NCBI GenBank assembly: GCA_964016885.1
Contig: OZ024740.1
Location: 245,644,001-245,708,000 of the forward strand
Direction: 5' to 3'
Length of the DNA stretch: 64,000 bases
From: Eledone cirrhosa
Taxonomy: Eukaryota
Below the pieces are notes generated by a model that worked only from the letters and a program-made list of their open reading frames with translations, made no database searches and had not been told where the DNA came from. Position 1 is the first letter of the stretch, and each line of letters begins with the position of its first letter. Position numbers and translations under genes: made by a program. Shown here piece after piece: positions 59,201-64,000 of the stretch.

Positions 59201-60574
59201 CACGACCATGATCTCTGGCATCACGCAGTAATACAGAAGACCCTACCCCCCACAGAAACAAGCCAAAGCTGAAGCATATAGACAATATGCCCCCACACCT
59301 TCCCACGTGTAGGTGCCACGGCAAAAAAGCACCCAGCCCACACTGTAAAGTGGACGTGTAGGCGCCACGGAAAAAAGCACCCAACCCACACTGTAAATGA
59401 GGTTGATGTTAGGAAGGGCATCCAGCTGTAGAAATCAAGCCAGAATTAGTTCCTGTATGAGCAAGATAAGGTCAGCCGACTGGACACTGCCCACAACAGG
59501 ACAACCCGTCTAACCCATGCTAGCGTGGAGAACAGACTTAAAACTATGATGATGATGATGATGATGATATATATATATATACACAAACATATATATATTT
59601 ATATATATACATATATATATATATACACACATATATATATACATATATATATATACACACATATATATATATACACATATATACATATATATACACATAC
59701 ATATACAGGGTGGGGATATTATTTGTTCGCAATTTTCAACTGCTAATTTTATACAAATTTTTTTTATTTCCGTTGTCACTCTTGTCTTCATGAAAACAGT
59801 GACAATATTTCCATTATTTATTTTCAGAATAATTGATTATAAATAATTTTGAACCTCCAAATTTGTGGAAGAGACACGGAGTTCTTCTTGGAATCCGCGC
59901 CGGGAGGACAAATAAGACCAGAAGTTCAACTCCCAGAACAACAGGTGGCTCGCTGTCTCATCCAAAGACGTGCCCAGAGTTATGCTGACAAAGTTTCCAG
60001 CGACAACATTGGTCTTAGGTGTCGTCATGCCACCTCACTTCTTCCCTGAGGGCCTCAAGCTGAACACCGATGGCTACATCCGCGTTCTGAGTGAGGTAGT
60101 AAAGCCCTGGATCAACCAGGTAGCTGAAGGTAGGCTGTACATGTGGCAGCAAGACTCAGCGCCCTGCCATACCAGCCGAAAGACCCAAGCCTGGCTGTCA
60201 GAGAACTTTGTCGACCACACTTCACCTGACATCTGGCCTCCCAGCTTGCCTGACAGCAACCCCCTCGACTTCTTTGTGTGGGGCGCAGTGGAACGAGACA
60301 CCAACAGATCTAGCTTCAATATGAAAGACGATCTGAAGGCCAGGATCACAAGTGCCTTTAGGGGCCTAAGTCGGGGGACAGTGACGAAGGCCTGTAGCCG
60401 GTTCCGAGGCTGCCTTGAGGCCGTTATCAAAGCCAATGGCGAGTTTATCGAGTGAGATTGAAAGAACAAGTCATGAAGACAAACTGACCCAAGTTTGATA
60501 AATATATCTTAAAAAATAAAACTACTGTTATTTTTTCCTAGACAGTAATCTTCCGAACAGATATCGTCCGCACC

Positions 60575-60615
<41 letters not shown>

Positions 60616-60661
60616 TATATATAGAGAAAAGGTGAAATTGGAAATATATATATATACATAT

Positions 60662-60718
<57 letters not shown>

Positions 60719-62025
60719 TATAGTGGCTCTGATTGAGTACTGTCTTGGTCTGTGTAAACCCATTCAACCCTTGCTAGCAGGGAAAACAGACATTAAAATG
60801 ATGTTACTGTGTGTGTGCGATCTAATTACAAGTGGATGAGGGAGATCTGAAAGTATAGTAACCTGAATAAGAACACGGCAGAAAAAGTTCATTGAATGTA
60901 GAGAATGTGTGAAGATTAAAAAGAAATGAGGTCCGTACGCCTCACAGGATGTGTAATGTGAGTGTGCATGAACAACAAAGCACAGATGAGTTGAAAGAAA
61001 AGCTGAGTATAAAAAGAATGAGATGGAGTTTGCAAAAGAGAAGATTTCACTGGTACAGACAAGATTTCACTGGTACAGACAAGATTTCACTGGAGGTGCC
61101 ACGGCAAAAAAGCACCCAGCCCACACTGTAAAGTGGACGTGTAGGCGCCACGGAAAAAAGCACCCAGCACTCACTGTAAATGAAGTTGGTGTTAGGAAGG
61201 GCATCCAGCTGTAGAAACCAAGCCAAAATCATGTATGAGCAAGGCATGGTCATCCGACCAGACACTGCCCACAACAGGACAACCCGTCTAACCCATGCTA
61301 GCATGGAAGAACGGATGTAAAACGGTGATGATGATGATGATGAGACACATGATGCATATGGATAATGATCATTCCACCCCTTTCGATGTAAAGTTATGTT
61401 GGTACCACAACATCCAGTCCTAAATAAATGAGGTCGTGTAGGTGTCACGACAAAAAAACACACAGTCCACGCTGTAATGTGGCCATGTAGGTAACACGGT
61501 AAAAACTTCCTCGGTCCACACTGTAAACATGGTTGGTGTTAGGAAGGGCATCCAGCCGTAGAAAACCCGCAAGACAACCAATCTTGCCTCAAGTGGGACA
61601 ATTTCCGTCCAGACCCATGCTAGTGTGGAAAATGGACATTAAATGATGATGATGATCATCATCATCAACATTCAGTGAAGAAGTGCAAAAAGCTCCAAGT
61701 GGAAGGTAGTTGCAAAAGAAAACCAAGAAAGATCTTGGCAGAGGTGTTAAGACATGATCTCATGATGCTGAACCTCAATAAGGAGATGATGAAAGAACAC
61801 GACAGGTGGAGGAAAGCAAATGTAAAAATGCTGATGTTAATTTATACACCCAGCTAGGTGCTTTCACCAAATGTACTTACCATAATGTTTGTCTTGTTCA
61901 TAAGTATTGTTGTATCCAGATTCACAAACACTTTTACATGATGGGGTTGGCAAATCTCCCGTACAAGGTTTCAGTTTTCCAGGAACATGATGTTCACAGG
62001 CTGGAATCTCATATGGTTGACAACC
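50614..62025 (-). CDS. CTSB: Cathepsin B, 3' part (last four coding exons; 5' exons lie outside the window)
   Basis: Spliced translation [49 protein letters not shown]|HSSYAV...[22 protein letters not shown]|[43 protein letters not shown]|[25 protein letters not shown]. Contains the occluding-loop CEHH, catalytic His (GGHA) and Asn (NSW). All introns GT-AG, phase 1. Confidence 0.96.
51315..53068 (-). mobile_element. RTE subfamily B-like RT fragment in the last CTSB intron
   Basis: ORF 51830-53050, decayed PHD, (GAT)n tail. Confidence 0.92.
53102..53990 (+). mobile_element. Penelope-like 3' end (GIY-YIG C-terminus plus pseudo-LTR)
   Basis: [42 protein letters not shown], homologous to ORF 26271-26648. 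Confidence 0.75.
53878..53971 (+). ncRNA. Hammerhead, U3/A8 core variant, G12->A (probably inactive)
   Basis: acccc TTGAAAA g ttcggctattt..aaatagccgtc AAAA tggc..gcc GTC ggggt. Confidence 0.65.
54045..54860. mobile_element. Inverted pair of RTE-derived short non-autonomous elements; over 10 related copies in the window
   Basis: Core GGTGTTAGGAAGGGCATCCA plus RTE-type 3' end and (GAT)n tail; copies also at ~30030, 38570, 56270, 59280, 61090, 61380. Confidence 0.8.
54950..56052 (-). mobile_element. RTE LINE (PHD type) 3' fragment
   Basis: Similar to 46208-47390. Confidence 0.9.
56852..56928 (+). ncRNA. Decayed hammerhead (U3/A8 type), preceded by an inverted repeat 56606-56640 / 56761-56797
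   Basis: catttg TTGATAT gccat..atggc AAAA catgcta ta tagcatg TC taggtg; long palindromic stem III, GUC site. Confidence 0.55.
57434..57562 (-). CDS. CTSB: Cathepsin B exon (catalytic His/Asn)
   Basis: [11 protein letters not shown]...[15 protein letters not shown] with AG/GT boundaries. Confidence 0.96.
58379..58495 (-). CDS. CTSB: Cathepsin B exon (GPVEAAF)
   Basis: Acceptor TTACAG; donor GTCTAT (weak); [20 protein letters not shown]. Confidence 0.93.
58920..59015 (+). ncRNA. Hammerhead ribozyme, U3/A8 compensatory core variant
   Basis: acccc TTGATAA g ttcagttagat..atctagctgtt GAAA tggctga agc tcagcc GTC ggggt; GUC site at 59010. Confidence 0.75.
59706..60577 (+). mobile_element. Internally deleted Tc1/mariner transposon, DD37D (maT) family
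   Basis: TA-flanked TIRs CAGGGTG.GGA..ATTTGTTCG; [20 protein letters not shown] with 37 residues between the last two catalytic Asp. Confidence 0.9.
61881..62025 (-). CDS. CTSB: Cathepsin B exon (occluding loop)
   Basis: Acceptor TTGACAG, donor GTAAGT; [13 protein letters not shown]...DKHY. Confidence 0.95.
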
Positions 62026-63359
62026 CTGTCAAGATATTGAAGAGAAATACAAAAAATATACATCACAAAAGGCATGGCTGTGTGGTTAAGAAATATGCTT
62101 AACACCTACATAGTTATGAGCTCAATCTTGATTCTGAGATGCACACAGAAAGAGAAGAGAAAGAGAAGAATCAATCCCAGTACTTAACTGGTACAGTATT
62201 TATCAATGGTCTCTCCTCATAAGGATGGGAGTCAACATTAACCTCAGCAGGATTTGAACTCACAATGCAGAGAGCCAAAACAAATATCGCAAGACAACCT
62301 CCCTAGTGTTGGTGATCTATACGATAAATATGCCCAGTACATTCTGTAACATGATTGGTGACAGGAAGAGCATCCAGCTGTAGAAAATCTGCTAAACAAA
62401 AGAGGACTTTTCAACTGTGACAAAGATATAACAACCTTCCTAGTGCACTTGGTATAGTATGGGAACATATGTAAGCAAGATGTAGGCCCTAGGCCCATCT
62501 GAGAGGTCAGTAGCAACGCTTGAATATTGACTCTGTCTGTGAATTCATCCAACCTTTGCTAGCAGGGAAGACAGGTGTTAAATGATGATGATTCTATTCA
62601 AAGTTTTAACAACTCTGCCATTTCACTGCTTACTGATACTCAATTTATCAAACCAGAGCAGGGTTAGTGAATGCTAAAGTTAATACTGACAGGATTTGAA
62701 TTCAAAACATAAAGGGATGAAACTAACTACTCTTTTTGATACTCCACTGTCTTTGTTGAATATTGATGATGCTGTTGTTTAACCCCAGGTCCTATGATGA
62801 ATAGTTCTGCAGCTAAAACAATCCTGTTTCATTTTTTCTTTTTGCTTAGAAGTACATAAGTCTACATTATCTTATAAGTCATTTCCTTATTAATGATAGA
62901 AATTTGGCTATTATTTCCAGTAGGTTAAGCAACCATGTAGAGGCTCTCTTATTAACTGAAAGGTATTTACTTATTTTAACAGCCTTGTAAGGATGAAAGG
63001 CAAATCTTTACATCCGTGGGATTTGAAACTAGAATATAAAGGGCCATAACTATTAAGATATCTTACACACCTGTTTGTGTGAGTAAGAAAGAAACAAACG
63101 AACAGAGACTACACTGAGAAGAAAGAGACTCTCTTTAGCCTTATTGGGGGTAAGACAACCTTTCTCATGCTTGTCTACTCTACCAGGGATGACATAGGGA
63201 CTAAACAATGACCACCACCATAACTGTTGATATACAGGAATAGCACTGATTTTCTGCCCATTGATGGCCTGACACCTCTCTTAATCCTTTTGATTCTAAA
63301 CCATCTGGAACTGCCCTGCATACATGATACAAAACTGATAATTTTAAAAACATTATATA

Positions 63360-63502
63360 CGAGGGTCAGCTGAAAAGTTCATAGGCTGACAAAATTACTC
63401 TCATGGAATGACCAAATAAGCTATTAATATGAGTTGAAATTAATGCATGCAATATTTCACACTCCATCATAGTTAGCCTATGAACTTTTCAGCTGTCCCT
63501 TG
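63360..63502. mobile_element. Mariner-type MITE
   Basis: 31-bp TIRs CGAGGGTCAGCTGAAAAGTTCATAGGCTGAC / GTTAGCCTATGAACTTTTCAGCTGTCCCTTG. Confidence 0.8.
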
Positions 63503-63511
63503 TGTATATAT

Positions 63512-63568
<57 letters not shown>

Positions 63569-63579
63569 GATAGATATAG

Positions 63580-63610
<31 letters not shown>

Positions 63611-63617
63611 TATATAT

Positions 63618-63654
<37 letters not shown>

Positions 63655-64000
63655 GATAGATATATATATATATACATACATACATACATACACACATATT
63701 TATATATATACGGAATGAAAGTAACCTAAGGGCAGCAGTAATGAACTCCCTCCTGCATCAATAGCCAGCCAATGCAGGCTGGATATAGAAAGTGAAGCAA
63801 CAATTCCAGTGCCCCAGCATGGCCTCAGCCAGATGGCTGGAACAGGTAAAAGAGTAAAGAGTAAGAGTATATAATACTGAAACAAAGTTATCAAATAGAA
63901 TCTTCAGTCGTTTTCTCACTGACTCAATAATTTAATTAAGTCAGTATCATTAAGACACCAACCAAAGGAAAACAGTGGATATTTATATGTTAAATAGTGA

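Noticed and set aside
62026-64000. Upstream cathepsin B exons (catalytic Cys region)
   Set aside because: No CGSCW or GCNGG coding sequence found; presumably beyond the window.

Overview
Repeat-rich animal genomic DNA: AT-rich, dense in (TA)n/(CA)n/(CAT)n microsatellites, RTE LINEs and tRNA-derived SINEs. The repeat landscape suggests an octopod cephalopod (inference). Two convergent spliced host genes can be assembled by hand: a 139-aa calmodulin-like EF-hand gene (+; exons 11612-11758, 39502-39575, 41469-41667; 27.7-kb first intron) and the last four coding exons of cathepsin B (-; 62025-61881, 58495-58379, 57562-57434, 50693-50614). The rest is mostly mobile DNA: RTE LINEs whose reverse transcriptase carries an inserted PHD finger, a complete decayed Gypsy-type element, a solo LTR, Penelope-like fragments, Helitrons carrying tandem repeats (one with a 3.2-kb 27-bp satellite), a DD37D transposon and MITEs. 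The most notable signal is about ten hammerhead-ribozyme motifs read by eye. They include two related non-coding, terminally redundant retrozyme-like units (467 bp and 422 bp) that share an octamer motif. The 467-bp unit sits in a ~510-bp inverted repeat bounded by a 15-bp target-site duplication. There is a 200-N assembly gap at 33386-33585. All folds and alignments were done by eye; no searches were run.
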